From NCBI RefSeq assembly GCF_006345805.1, contig NC_043000.1:99324001-99388000 (forward strand): DNA of 64,000 nucleotides. The letters run 5' to 3'. Under the pieces are notes generated by a model that had not been told where the DNA came from, did not search any database, and saw nothing but the letters and a program-made list of their open reading frames with translations. The position numbers were made by a program, and so were the translations under genes. Numbering within the stretch: the first letter of the stretch is position 1; every line of letters starts with the position of its first letter. Positions 11,017 through 23,838 of this stretch are shown one piece after another. Source of the stretch: Octopus sinensis. Taxonomy: Eukaryota.

Positions 11017-12329
11017 ATATACATACATACATACATACATACATACATACATACATACATACATACATACATACATACATACATACATACATACAAGAGT
11101 GGGAATGTTAATGCACTTTTATAAATTTCTGAGCAGTTGCATAAATAGGGAATACACGACCAATGCATTATATATACTTACTCTTTATTATATTTCGATT
11201 CGCATCTAGAATTAAAACGACCCCCAGTACTCAGTACTCAGCTAGTACACAGTACTCAGCTAGTACTTCTTTCATCGATCCTTTCCTTACAGCATACACA
11301 TTGCTGTACACTTTCATACACTTGTACTTATTCCTGTGCTCTGTATTTAAATTCTATATTTTCTCAAATAATCCTATTTCAAATAAACAGTGTTTCAAAT
11401 TAATCAATTGTATACGAGTGTTAGATAATTTTCCGAAAATATTTTGATAATATTATATAATAAATGTATGCCAGTTCTGCTTAGATAATCTTGTATAATA
11501 AACTGTCTGTTAGATAACAGCTCAATTATTATTAATATGCTTTGACATGTCGAAATTGCTATGTTGTGTTGTGAATACAAATCTATCTGCTGGACTTTCG
11601 ATATATCATTCAGCAAGTTGGCCAATATATTTCATTTTATTCACTCCACTTTGTCTAGCGAGTGAATTGCTATCATATCTTCTGGGAAATAGATTGATAA
11701 ATTACTGTCCAATCCTAGTGATATTTGATTCTCATCTGCTCAACTTCATAACATATATGTATCCCTTGCAACTCACTGAATATTCATAAATACGTGTACA
11801 TGCGTAATGCTTGTTTGATTGTCGACTATTTTGCATAGATGCTGATATGATGTCGTTTATCAATCGTCTCCGGTCATTTTCAAGAAATGATTCTTCATCT
11901 AGGTTAGGATTGGTGTCTAAAACCTTTAAGCTGATGTGTTTGCTGTCTAAATCACCAGAATACTGTCCAGAGTTAAACCAAACAAATATCACTAAAAACA
12001 ATTCGTCTTAAAAAATACAAACGGAAACGAGAGATAAATGGATTCAAAGACCAAGTTTTCGACGACACAATAGTGCCAACAGTCAGACAGCATAAACTGC
12101 TTTGATTCCAGCAGAAAAAAAAAGACAAAGACATATGTGAGCTGAACAGGATTAGCGACAATGTCAATATTCACATTATTGGTTTCCAAATACACATGAT
12201 AGATAAGACCTCAAATGTTTAAAATAAATTACCATCTGTTATTTTCTCGCTCTTCATACTTATTTTCATGACTTAATACAGTGAAAAGTATCCTTGTAGT
12301 ATTCATTATTTTGTATGAATCGGTCACAT

Positions 12330-12870
12330 GAGTTGTGCTTATACACAAACACACACACACACACACACACACACATGCGTACACAGACGCACACACACAC
12401 ACATATATACATACACACACACACATACATATATAGATATACACATAAGTACACACACAGACACACACATAAATATACGTAAGTAGGTATGTATGTTTTT
12501 GTATTATGTATGTATGAATGTATGTATGTATGTATTGTGTCTGTATAGATAGATACATACATACATAGACATACATATATACGCACACATATATATATAT
12601 ATATCTACAAAGATACACATACATACATACAAACATACATACATATACATACATATATACACACATATATATATACAAACATACATACATACATACATGC
12701 ATACATACATAAATACAAACATACATACAAACATACATACGTACATACATGCATACATACATACAAACATACATACGTACATACATACATACATACATAC
12801 ATACATACAACATACATACATGCATACATACATACATACATACATATACATATACATACATACATATAAA
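12330..12870. repeat. Compound (AC)n/(TATG)n/(ACAT)n microsatellite field
   Basis: Directly visible; source of many spurious ORFs. Confidence 0.95.
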
Positions 12871-13899
12871 CATACTGGAGAATGCATTTGGTTGTATGTA
12901 TGCATGTAGAGATATTTATGTATATGTGTATGCACAAGAATAGGTGTTTAAAAAATGTGTTCACGCGTATGTATACATTAAGTGCTTGCTTACAATTCTC
13001 TTTCTCCCACTTTTCTGCTCTCTCTTTTTCTCTCCCGCCCTTTTGTGTGTAAAAGTTTACTTATATATTTCTATGTTACAAAATATCTAGCAGTGTTTAT
13101 ATACGCTCTGTATGTATTTACGAATGCTGCTTGCCTTCTATGAGGTATATGAATGTGTATATAGTTTCGTGGGCATGATTTTTTATGTGATTTTACTAGA
13201 ATAGATGTTTGTGTGAGTGCACACGCATGGGAGGGGTTGGTGTATGCATGTACTCGGAGATATGAATGATTGAGTGTATGCGAGTATATATACAACCCAT
13301 GCGTCATGCTTATAAACATGTATACATGTGTGTATGTATATGTGATCGTGTACGTAAATGTGTGTGGGTGCGAGCGCGTGAGTGTTAACATGCTCTATTG
13401 TGTGCCTGTATATTTACATGTATGTGTGCATCTGTGTGTAATTGTGATCTTGCGTGTGATGTATTTGTATTTGTATGAGTTCGGGCGCTGTGAGCACGCA
13501 TGCGTCTGTTTGTCTCTGTATATTTTATTCTTTTCAGTTATTTTCGACAGAAATAACAATCACCCATTTTTTATTTTTTTTCGACTTTTTTGTAACAAGG
13601 TTTCTTTGTAGTTACACTTCAGACAACAATAAAACTGATGTAGACTTTTGCTGAACTTCAGTAAAGTGTTACATATTTCTGCCATTCTCACTAATGGATT
13701 GGATATGTAAAAGTCTTGCCTGTCAACAGACTTTATTTATTTCTCAAACATTATCACTACATTTCAGTTAGACTTGTTTTGCTCTAAATCAGCACGAATT
13801 AAATATATTTTTGTACGATTTTTTTTATGGCTTCATCAGAATAGTAAAAAGTGAAGCACACGTGATATGTTTCTACAACACCCTTTAATGGTTGAAAGA

Positions 13900-15540
13900 A
13901 GAAACTCTGACGATTTATCGGTTATCTTCGGACCAGAAAACCGGTTCAAATATATACAACAGAGAGGACTCGGCTAAAGACCCCACCAAGGATGTGTGTG
14001 TGAGTGTGTGTGGATGTATATGTCTGGTAGGGCTTTTGGTTGTAAGTCCTTTAGTTTGGGGTGTCCTTTAGTTAGGGATATGTCTGGTAGGGTTTTTGGT
14101 TGTAAGTCCTTTAGTTTGGGGTGTCTGAGTTCGTGGATGTTGAGTTGTAGGGCACATTGAAAGCCTATATCAGTTGGTGATGGTGGGTAGTTCCTGCTAA
14201 CGCGTATCCTTTAGCTCATGTAGCCGTGTGTCCCTGGTGGTTGTATCAGATACTATAGTACAAATCCTTTTTTGCCAGGTTGTAAGGGATATTCATTCTA
14301 GTGTGTCTGGGGATGCATGAGTTGAACGGCAGATATTGCTTGGACTCCGTGGGCTTATAGTATATGCCTGTTTCTATTTTGTTGTTAGATTTCTTAATGA
14401 GGATGTCAAGGAATGGCAGTTTTTGGTGGCTATATTCCATCGTCAACTGGATGTTTATGTCAAGTCCATTCAGAAGTGCTTGAAATTCTTTAAGTCTATA
14501 TACTTTCGTGCCAAAGAATGAAACAGTTATCTAGATATCTTTTCCAGTTATTTTCTATGAACAGGGAGAATGGGTCTCCGTATTTTTCTAGTGCCTTACA
14601 ATAAAGATTGATTTCTAGGTACCCCATGACTAGGTGACCAAAGGAAGGGGCCATTCGCTGCCAATCGCAGTCCCCGATTTCTGTCGATGGAAGTTGTCAT
14701 TAAATACGAAGAAGTTATTCTCCAAGATTAATTTTAGCCCTTCTATTACGAATTCTTTTTTGATGCGGTGTGGAGTTCATTAGAGTAATTCTCTAGACAG
14801 AATTGGATTGTCTCTATTCCTAGGCTATGGAGGATACTGGGATAGAGGTTGACTACATGAAAGAATACTAGTAGAGTGTTTTTATTTATTGTTTCAGGGA
14901 GGTGATTGAACATATCTAGGTTGTCCCTTATGTAGCTTTTGATATGCTTGAGAAATGGTTTTAAGAGGGTGCCTGAAAAGTTATTGAGGCGGTGAGTTTC
15001 ACATGCAGGGCCTGCTGTTATAGGTCTTAATCTGAGGTCATTAGGAGAAGGTTCCTTAATTATTATGTCTGAGGATCCCTTGCATTCGTTACTTATATTT
15101 TCACTTTTGTGTATCTAAGGAATACTGTAGAATTGACTACATTTACTATTGAAGTTAGACATATAGTCGCATTCCTTGTCGGTAGACCTTCTCTGTATAG
15201 GTTTAACAATGTTTTTAAGCTTCCCATTATTTTCTGCTGACTGTAGCGTTGTACCTTTTCATAATATGTTGTGTTTTCTAATATGGATAGTACTAGGGTT
15301 ATATAATATACCGTGTCCATTATCACTGCTGCACTCCTTATGTCAGCCTATCTCATTGCTATTGTTTTATCATCTTTTTTGCTGAAGTTTGGCTTGTATT
15401 TTTGTTTGTGTATATGCTGATATAGGTAATTCGTGATGTGTTCACAGAAATGGTCAAAAATTTTGTTCCTACCTTTTGATGGGGTGTAGTTACTTATATT
15501 TCGGACTAACGATTCGTCCCCGTCGTATTTGTTGTATAGT
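13900..15540 (-). mobile_element. Penelope-like element RT remnant (inactive)
   Basis: Minus strand: LRPITAGPACETHRL, LKPFLKHIKSYIRDNLDM, VVNLYPSI, RQKSGTAIG, WKRYLDNCFILW (14546-14511) and TMEYSHQKLPFLDILIKK..IETGIYYKPTESKQYLPFNSCIPRHTRMNIPYNLAKK. Stops and frameshifts present. A 48-bp duplication with 60-bp period lies at 14018-14125. Confidence 0.85.
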
Positions 15541-15973
15541 TCCTCGGCGAGTCGTAATTTTCTTCTTCTTCTTCTTCTCCCTCGGCTGCTACTGTTTAAA
15601 CCATCAATTCTCTGTACTCATAAAATTATTCCTTCAGATTTACTACTAACAACCTACCAAGCATACACAAAGGAAGAGAGACAGACAGACAGACACAGAC
15701 TATTTGAAGACTATAGAAATATTCACTTATTTGAGGACTATGGAAATATTTACAAAACATTTCATTTAATTTTTTTCCCCAACTTAATTGTATGTATATG
15801 TATATGTATGTATGCATGTATGTATATATGCATGTATATATGTATGTGTGTGTATACATGCATATATGTATGCGTGTATGCATGTGTATATGTATACATA
15901 TATATATGTGTGTGTATGTGGACAGACATACAAATATAAACACAAACCGATGTGTATGCGTGTGTGTGTGTGT

Positions 15974-16175
15974 GTAGTTTTATTGCGTAAGCCAGCGAGT
16001 AGGCAGAATTGCTATAGCGACGGAGAAAAAAATGTGTTACAGAATTGGTCTCCAGGTTCTTTATATTCCCAATCCAAATCCCATCGAGTCCAGTTTTGCA
16101 TTTTACCACTCCGGCGTTGATAAAATAAAATACCACTGAAGTACTACTGGAGCCCATGCTATCGACCCATGCTAT
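15974..16175 (+). repeat. Diverged B-like SINE relic, near-identical to 22472-22665
   Basis: The two copies differ at only a handful of positions but are far from the intact B copies in the window. Confidence 0.7.
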
Positions 16176-16328
16176 TGACCCATGCTATCGGTTAGTTGAA
16201 AAATCTAAAAGACGGAAACCGGTGCTTAAGTGTACATCATGATAAAATTATTTTAGCATTTCTACCTTGCCTTATTTTCCTTATATATATATATATATAT
16301 ATATACATACATCCTAAATATATATTAT

Positions 16329-16391
<63 letters not shown>

Positions 16392-16689
16392 GGTGAAAAA
16401 ATTTTATTTCACCTAATTTCGAGTTGTGCGGACAATACTGGACAGACTTGATGCCTCAACTTAAGTACCTAATCAACTGAATCTTATATATATATATATA
16501 TATATCTATATCTATAGATATTATTATAATATATATATATATATATTAGATATATATATATATATATAATATATAAATTGTGTGATGTATGTATGATTAT
16601 ATATATAATTATATATATATAATATATATATTATATATTATATATATATAATATATATAAATATATTATTATATATAACTATATATCTA

Positions 16690-16827
16690 TATAAAATTAG
16701 ATAACAAAGTCAAGGCTGTGAGGAGTTTTCAGGACAGGACAGTTATAAGGAAAAAAAGATATAGATATAGTCTTACTGCTGTTTCTGGGATATTATGGTT
16801 ATCAGAGACGGTGTGAGATGGTTAAAT
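16690..16827 (-). mobile_element. Penelope-type pseudo-LTR (left, inverted copy) with hammerhead relic at 16770-16809
   Basis: Its reverse complement aligns to 17224-17365. It has GUCU-CUGAU[deletion]..AUAUCCC-A-GAAAC-AGCA-GUA-AGAC and abuts (TA)n. Confidence 0.7.
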
Positions 16828-16989
16828 TTTTCTCTCTTGTTTCTCTCTTTTTTTTCTCTTGTTTCTCTCTTTCTTCCTCTCATTTTCTCTTCCTGCTTTC
16901 ATTCTAATCATACATATCCTCCTCCCCCACCATCTATCCACAAATACTACCATTACATTCTCAAATTTTCATTCACACCACAAAACCAT

Positions 16990-17365
16990 TTCGAATGAGC
17001 AACACAGAATTCACGGCTCCATACTTTGAAATGACCAAACATGAACTGCTATTGGAACTTACATACCACGTACAGAAAAGTTTTTACCACTTCTATACAC
17101 CACTTTCTTCGAATAATGGAACTGCAACTACAATATCTTTATATATTTTATTTCTACTTTCATTCACTTATTTCCCTCTATATTCCCTATCGCCTCCTTT
17201 TCGAACTCAAATATTTACCTCTATTTAACCATCTCACGCCGTCTCTGATGAAGGGATATCCACAATATCCCAGACACAGCTGAAATACTATATCTATAAT
17301 TTTTTTCCTTATAAAGGTCCTGAAGGCTCTCCACACCTTGGATTTGTTATCTCATTTTGTCTAAT
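16990..17365 (+). mobile_element. Penelope-type 3' end (right copy) with hammerhead relic at 17241-17288
   Basis: GUCU-CUGAUGA-A-GGGAUAU(CCACA)AUAUCCC-A-GACAC-AGCU-GAA. The upstream frame RLLFELKYLPLFNHLTPSL resembles a GIY-YIG ORF C-terminus (weak). Confidence 0.7.
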
Positions 17366-17629
17366 ATATATGCATGCTAATACAGGACCCACATTAGACT
17401 CTTCACTCGTATCACTATCGAACCAAGAGTTTAACTACGGTCTGTCCTAGCACTTACTTAGCGTTTACCTGTCACACTTTGGGTCTTCTAGATACCGATA
17501 CATGTCATATAATATGATATATATATATATATAGATGTATATATATATATATATTATATATATATAGAATAAGATAGATCATAGATAGATAGAAATATAT
17601 ATATATTATAAAAATTATATATAAAAATA

Positions 17630-18060
17630 CAAAAATGGGACAAGACGCAAAACACACAAAGAGACGACACAAAAAACGGACGGGTCATTCGAAGCCTCAA
17701 TCTTCAGTCAGGAACCGGATCATCCTCGCAATTTCGGCTGATTAATCCTGAGATCGCCCCGATCCGGCCGGCCCCAAGGAAAAACTAAGCTACGAGCATT
17801 AGATTTCTTGGAAAAAGGATCGAATGTATAACGAAACAGGACAGAAAAACGGACGATGCCACACGAATATAAACAAAAAAGCAAAATAAAAAACAAGAAT
17901 AGTAATAACAGGACAAAAACAGCGGGTGTCTTACGACTTTAGACAGTTTAACTTATCTTAGCTGGCGTATTTTGAAATAAATGCCTTTGCGGCAGACGAA
18001 GAAAACGGTGTTGTCGTGGCGGCGGTCAAAGGCCGAAAGGCTAGTTGACCAGCGGTCACG
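17630..18060 (-). mobile_element. Putative Penelope-type 3' fragment, family P2
   Basis: Homologous segments at 42225-42420, 42515-42551 and 53625-53752. It ends at (TA)n. Class assignment is inferred. Confidence 0.5.
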
Positions 18061-18245
18061 TGAGAGGAGAGAAGAAGAGAGAAAAAACAGGGGGCAAAGG
18101 AATCAAAGAGAGAGAGAAAAAGAGGGACAAAGGCACCAAGGGGGGGGGAGAAGAAGGAATTAAAGAGGGGAGAATATATATATAATATATAATATATACA
18201 TATATATAATATACATAATATATATATATATATATCTATATATAT

Positions 18246-18302
<57 letters not shown>

Positions 18303-18396
18303 ATAGATAGATAGATTCAGATGAATATGCTACTTAAGTTGACCCACCAGAATTTAGTACGGTATTATCCATACAATTTCAAAATAAGGTGATTAA

Positions 18397-18628
18397 AATC
18401 AAAATAAGCAACGAAGGTATCCAGAGGTAATGCAGTACGATCGTTTCACGCAACTCCACTTAATTGAACAATGCAATCATTATATCAATTTACACGCAGA
18501 ACAATTCTTAGCTGTACAAAGACATAGAATTTAATTAAATGTAATGGTGGCATTATTCAATTAAATGGAGTTGTGTGAAACGATCGTACTGCATTACCTC
18601 TGGATATCCTTGTTGCTTATTTTGATTA
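18397..18628. repeat. Inverted repeat with ~78-bp arms and ~75-nt spacer
   Basis: AATCAAAATAAGCAAC...TTGAACAATGC (18397-18475) versus GCATTATTCAA...GTTGCTTATTTTGATT (18550-18628). Confidence 0.85.
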
Positions 18629-18634
18629 TATATA

Positions 18635-18698
<64 letters not shown>

Positions 18699-18755
18699 AT
18701 ATGTATGTATTATGTATGTATGTATGTATGTATGTATGTGTGTATGTATGTATGA

Positions 18756-19115
18756 GTGGAGGTGCAATGGCCCAGTGGTTAGGGCAGCGGACTCGCGGTC
18801 GGAAGATCGCGGTTTCGATTCCCAGATCGGGCATTGTGAGTGTTTATTGAGCGAAAACACCTAAAGCTCTACGAGGCTCCGGCAGGGGGTGGTGGTGAAC
18901 CCTGCTGTACTCTTTCACCACAACTTTCTCTCGCTCTTTCTTCCTGTTTCTGTTGTACCTGTATTTCAAAGGGCCAGTCTTGTCACACTCTGTGTCACGC
19001 TGAATCTCCTCGAGAACTACGTTAAGGGTACACGTGTCTGTGGAGTTAATATCACGAGCAAGCTGTTCCGTTGATCGTATCAGCTGGGACCCTCATCGTC
19101 GCAACCGACGGAGTG
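18756..19115 (+). mobile_element. SINE family A, in (TATG)n, with an 18-nt internal deletion
   Basis: Head GTGGAGGTGCAATGGCCCAGTGGTTAGGGCAGCGGAC and tail ...GCAACCGACGGAGTG. Confidence 0.9.
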
Positions 19116-19257
19116 AAGAATGTAATGTATGTATGTATGTAATGTATGTATGTATGTATGTATGTAATGTATGTATGTATGTGTATATGCATATATACAT
19201 ATATGTACATACATATATATATACAAAGATACAACATTATATTAATATATTATGATA

Positions 19258-19895
19258 CTAGCAGTATCGCCCGGCGTTGCTCGGGTTTGTAAGGGAAATA
19301 ACTATATAAGCATTTTTAGAGAGTTATAGCAAAAAATAGCAAAAAATGCATTAAAAATGGAAAAAATATGATGGTAAATTTTTTTTTAAATCGTTGACTC
19401 ATCGTAGACATTTTTAGAGAGTTACTTCCCTTATATAATAGCGAAAAAATGCATTAAAAATGGAAAAAAAACGATGGTAAATTTTTTTTTAAATCGTAGA
19501 CTCATGTAGACGCTTTCTTAGCCATTTCTGTTTTGGTGTCTTCAAGCCATGAAGTCGTTGTTCTAAAAGAACACTGGTCTCCTTGACAACGCATTACGAC
19601 GTTGATTTCCTTACACTCCCTTCCCCACAGGTGCAGGTGTGAGCGTGGACGCCAACTCCGCCGCCATCGACACACGAAAAATTATGCATTAAAATGGAAT
19701 AAAAAATGATGTTAAATTATTTTTAAAATCGTAGACTCACTCGTAGACGCGCGCTAATATTCAGACGGGCTCGATATGAATCACGACTATAAGCTACCCG
19801 AATTTGGTTAAACTGTACCGCAAAATGTGGGAGTAGTTAGGAATCTAAATCGAAGGGGACAGACACTCACACAACTACAGTTTTATATATATAGA
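19258..19895 (-). mobile_element. Non-autonomous Helitron
   Basis: Minus strand starts A|TCTATATATATAAAA and ends with hairpin CCCG-AGCAACGC-CGGG then CTAG|T, i.e. an A^T target with no TSD. Three internal copies of an ~70-bp subrepeat. Confidence 0.8.
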
Positions 19896-19939
19896 TATAC
19901 ATAGCGCAGTAGTGTGAGATATGACAACAAAGAAAGCAT

Positions 19940-20320
19940 ACATTCACTCTCTGCATGCAATTAGACTCCGAAAGTTCGTGAGGACCCCATTGACCCAATT
20001 TGCTGACTTTTCCGATAGCACACAGGTGTCAATGAATGGTTGAATGACCAAATCCAAGCTTCTCTGCTAGTTCCCTCAACAGTTACGATGATATTTTGTT
20101 CCACCAGGGTTTTCAGGATGTCCTTGTCGAGTTCTACAGATCTTTCAGGATGAGGCTCGTCTTCTAGGCTGTAGTTTATGGCTCGGGATTTCTGGAACCA
20201 CCATTGACACTGCCTTACGCTTATTGTCCAATCCCCATATACTGCATTAATATTTCTTGTACTTTGCACACATTTATATTCTGTTATTCTTTTATATGTT
20301 TCAGCCTTGAGGTTGTGGCC
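19940..20320 (-). mobile_element. Mariner transposase N-terminal remnant
   Basis: RNINAVYGDWTISVRQCQWWFQK...SLEDEPHPERSVELDKDILKTLVEQN, then a frameshifted WVPH-like region. Confidence 0.75.
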
Positions 20321-20879
20321 ATGCTGGATCATGTGTGTGTGTGTGTGTGTTGTGTGGTGTGTCTATTGTCTGTCTGTCTGTATTATATATGTATATGTAT
20401 GTGTGTGAACAATAATATTTTCAACAGATGTGTTGCAAATGTATCTGATTGTTCTCAAGCTTCAATACTGTGTGTGTGTGTATGTGTGTGTGTATGTATG
20501 TATGTATATGTATGTATGTATGTATATGTATGTATGTATGTATGTGTGTATGTATGTATGTGTGTGTGTATGTATGTGTGTGTGTATGTGTGTGTGTGTA
20601 TGTATGTATGTATGTATGTATGACTGTATGTTTACTTTATTACTAATTACTCTCTTCCAAGAACATTTTCACTCACTCTTAGCTCTTAGCTTCCCATACA
20701 TTTTACTCATGTATCTATCAGCGTCATAGACAGAATACTTTCACTTTAGTCTTCCTCAAATCACTCTGTCGCTATTTACTTTCATTTTATTCGTTGCCCA
20801 CTGTGTGTGTGCGTTTGCGTGTGGTGTAAACCAGACTAGAGAAAGCATTTGACACACACACCAGAATGTGAGTTTTCTG

Positions 20880-21044
20880 TAAATTTTGCTTAATTGGAGT
20901 TTAAATTTTAAAAACTGGACCTGGCATGACGCGATGCCTTACTCTTAAAAATGCTAGGTAAATTGTAATTGAAGAAATCCTATATTGTAGATTTGTATAA
21001 CTCCCAAATGGAGGCAGATAAAATCTGCCTTTTATAATAAGAGA
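20880..21044 (-). mobile_element. Possible Helitron 5' fragment
   Basis: Minus strand begins A|TCTCTTATTATAAAAGGCAG; no 3' end found. Confidence 0.35.
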
Positions 21045-21226
21045 TAGGTGGCTATCTCAATGCCAAAAAAGTAAAATTAATAAATGAGGGTCCAAAATAG
21101 CACCTACATTTGCTAGAAATTAGAGCTAAAATTTAACTCGAATAACCATACCACAACACACATACACACAGACACAGACACACCACACACACAACACACA
21201 CACACACCACACACACACACACACAC

Positions 21227-21279
<53 letters not shown>

Positions 21280-22398
21280 ATGTCGACATCATAAAAATTC
21301 AGAAACGTCGAGAGAACGTGAAATAATGCGTTTTTAATTGTTGAACTCGAAATAGAAAAACTATAAATAAATACTGGGTTAAAATCGAACAGGCTTCGAA
21401 TTTTTCCATCTAAGATATAATACGAAATTAATACTGAACAGTCTTAGCTAAATATCTATAAAACATTTTCTCTCACATTTAGTTGAACATATATAAAATT
21501 TTTTAGAAAGACTTTTAAAAATGTATTTTGAAAGACATTAATTAACTGGGGAAAAAAAAGCAGCTGTTTTAGAAAAAAAACATTACTGGTTTACTCTTTT
21601 ACGTGTTTCGGCCTTAATATATATCTCCATTGAATAAAATGCTCATTCTATTTCAGAATTTGTGTAACCCTCAGGATAAAATATCATTTAGGAACGGAAA
21701 GTAAGGTCAGGGGGAAAAAAGCTATGCTATTTCCCCCTTAAGTAAACAAAATGTGAGATAATAAACGAAGTTAATGAACTACTCAAAAGGGTTGAATATG
21801 ATTTGAATATAAGGGCTTATCCAATGAAGCAATTAGAGACTTTGTCTCTTAGAGACTATTTGTGTTTTTAAAAACAGGATGTGGAGTTGAATAAATTAAA
21901 AACATGCTCAAAACACAAGTGGTTTTGAAATTTACAGTTACTCTTTAAAAATAACCACTATTCAAAGAATGAAATAAATTTAGACTAATTAAGATAGCTA
22001 AAGAAAATAAACTAACGCGCCACCTAGTCCAGGAATCAAACGCGCGAAGTTATTTTTGTTAGCCCAGCAGCTCAAACTTTTATGCCTTCAGCGCATCTTC
22101 AGAAAGCCTTCAAGTAATAAACATCAAATATAAAATAAAGTTGCGTGTAATGGTGTATGTGACTGCAAATCTCCAGATTACATAAATCCCTTGAAAAAAG
22201 GTTAATGGAAATAATAATGTACATGCGATATATATATATATATATATATGCATATATGTATATATATATATATGCATGTATGTATGTATGTATATATGCA
22301 TGTATGTATGTATGTGTGTGTGCATGTATGCATATATATATGCGTGTATTCATGTGTATATGTATACATATATATATATATATATGTATGTGTGTATA

Positions 22399-22445
<47 letters not shown>

Positions 22446-22471
22446 ATGTGTGTGTGTCTGAGTGTGCGTGT

Positions 22472-22665
22472 GTAGTTTTATTGCGTAAGCCAGCGAGTAG
22501 GCAGAATTGCTATAGCGACGGAGAAAAAAATGTGTTACAGAACTGGTCTCCGGGTTCTTTATATTCCCAATCCAAATCCCGTCGAGTCCAGTTTTGCATT
22601 TTACCACTCCGACGTTGATAAAATAAAATACCACTGAAGTAGTACTGGGGCCCATGCTATCGACT
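22472..22665 (+). repeat. Second copy of the diverged B-like relic (see 15974-16175)
   Basis: Direct alignment by eye. Confidence 0.7.
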
Positions 22666-23109
22666 ATACCCCTCCCCTCAAAACTACTAAATTAGAAATA
22701 ATGATTTTATTGTAAACGCGAAGAAACACCGAAGTCCATACTTATAACAGCGAAACTAAAAATGTGCAATTCCTAAAAACACACGCTCGTATGTTGACCT
22801 TTCATCTACACTCTTATGCTAATGTCTTTCAGATTTTCTATTAATTCAGTCATTCCGTTAGCAACATTGGCGCTGCTAAGCAGTCCAATTGATTTCTGTC
22901 CGAGACAAAAGTTTTCTTCATTATTTTTTTTCCTTTTTAAGCAATTGTGAAGACAGATATTCATATGTGTGTGTGTGTGTGGCTGAAAATTGTGAGGAGT
23001 GTATATTGTTTGCGTATGATGTGTATATACTATACTCCCTGTAGCGAAGACGGGAGAGGTATGCAGTGATATACATGTAGAAGATATTGAAAGGGATGAC
23101 ACTAAACTT

Positions 23110-23340
23110 TGGAATTGAGAGTTATACCAGACCTCGAATTAGACGTCACTGCACTGTTCCAAAAAGTTCCAGCTGTCCCATCGTAGGTGAGAACCATGTA
23201 CTGCCACAGCTTGGGATTCGAGGGCCCCACAGCTATTTAACGCCTTGCCAAAACATCTGAGGGATCTCTATGGAGTGGGGGTAGATGTTTTCAAGAAACA
23301 ACTTGACCACTTGCTGTCCAAGATCCCAGATGATATCCAG
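23110..23340 (+). mobile_element. CR1/L2-group LINE ORF2 C-terminal fragment
   Basis: ..RTMYCHSLGFEG / [35 protein letters not shown]. Confidence 0.6.
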
Positions 23341-23434
23341 GAGACAGCTTTGTTGCGATTAAAATACAGACACACAATCAGAAAATACAGGCAAATAGAC
23401 AAAACATATACAGAGAGGCAGGCGGAGGAGAGGC

Positions 23435-23765
<331 letters not shown>

Positions 23766-23803
23766 GAAATAGAGAGATACATACATACATACATACATAG
23801 ACA

Positions 23804-23838
<35 letters not shown>

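Noticed and set aside
12229-12964. Long MYVC/HTYI ORFs here and at about 9200, 10100, 15700, 20400, 22200, 23300, 35050, 42300, 53350 and 62600
   Set aside because: Translations of (TATG)n, (ACAT)n, (ATAG)n and (TA)n microsatellites.
13905-13945. CUGACGA...GGUU/GACC...GAAAACCGGUUC as a functional hammerhead
   Set aside because: A 6-nt insertion follows the core and there is no stem I pairing; a relic at most.
15497-15525. GGAC/GUCC-GAAAUAUA (minus) as a hammerhead
   Set aside because: Three mismatches in CUGANGA and no stem I.
22070-22105. CUGAAGA-UGC..GCA-UAAA (minus) as a hammerhead
   Set aside because: GAAA is absent, stem I is missing, and there is no element context.
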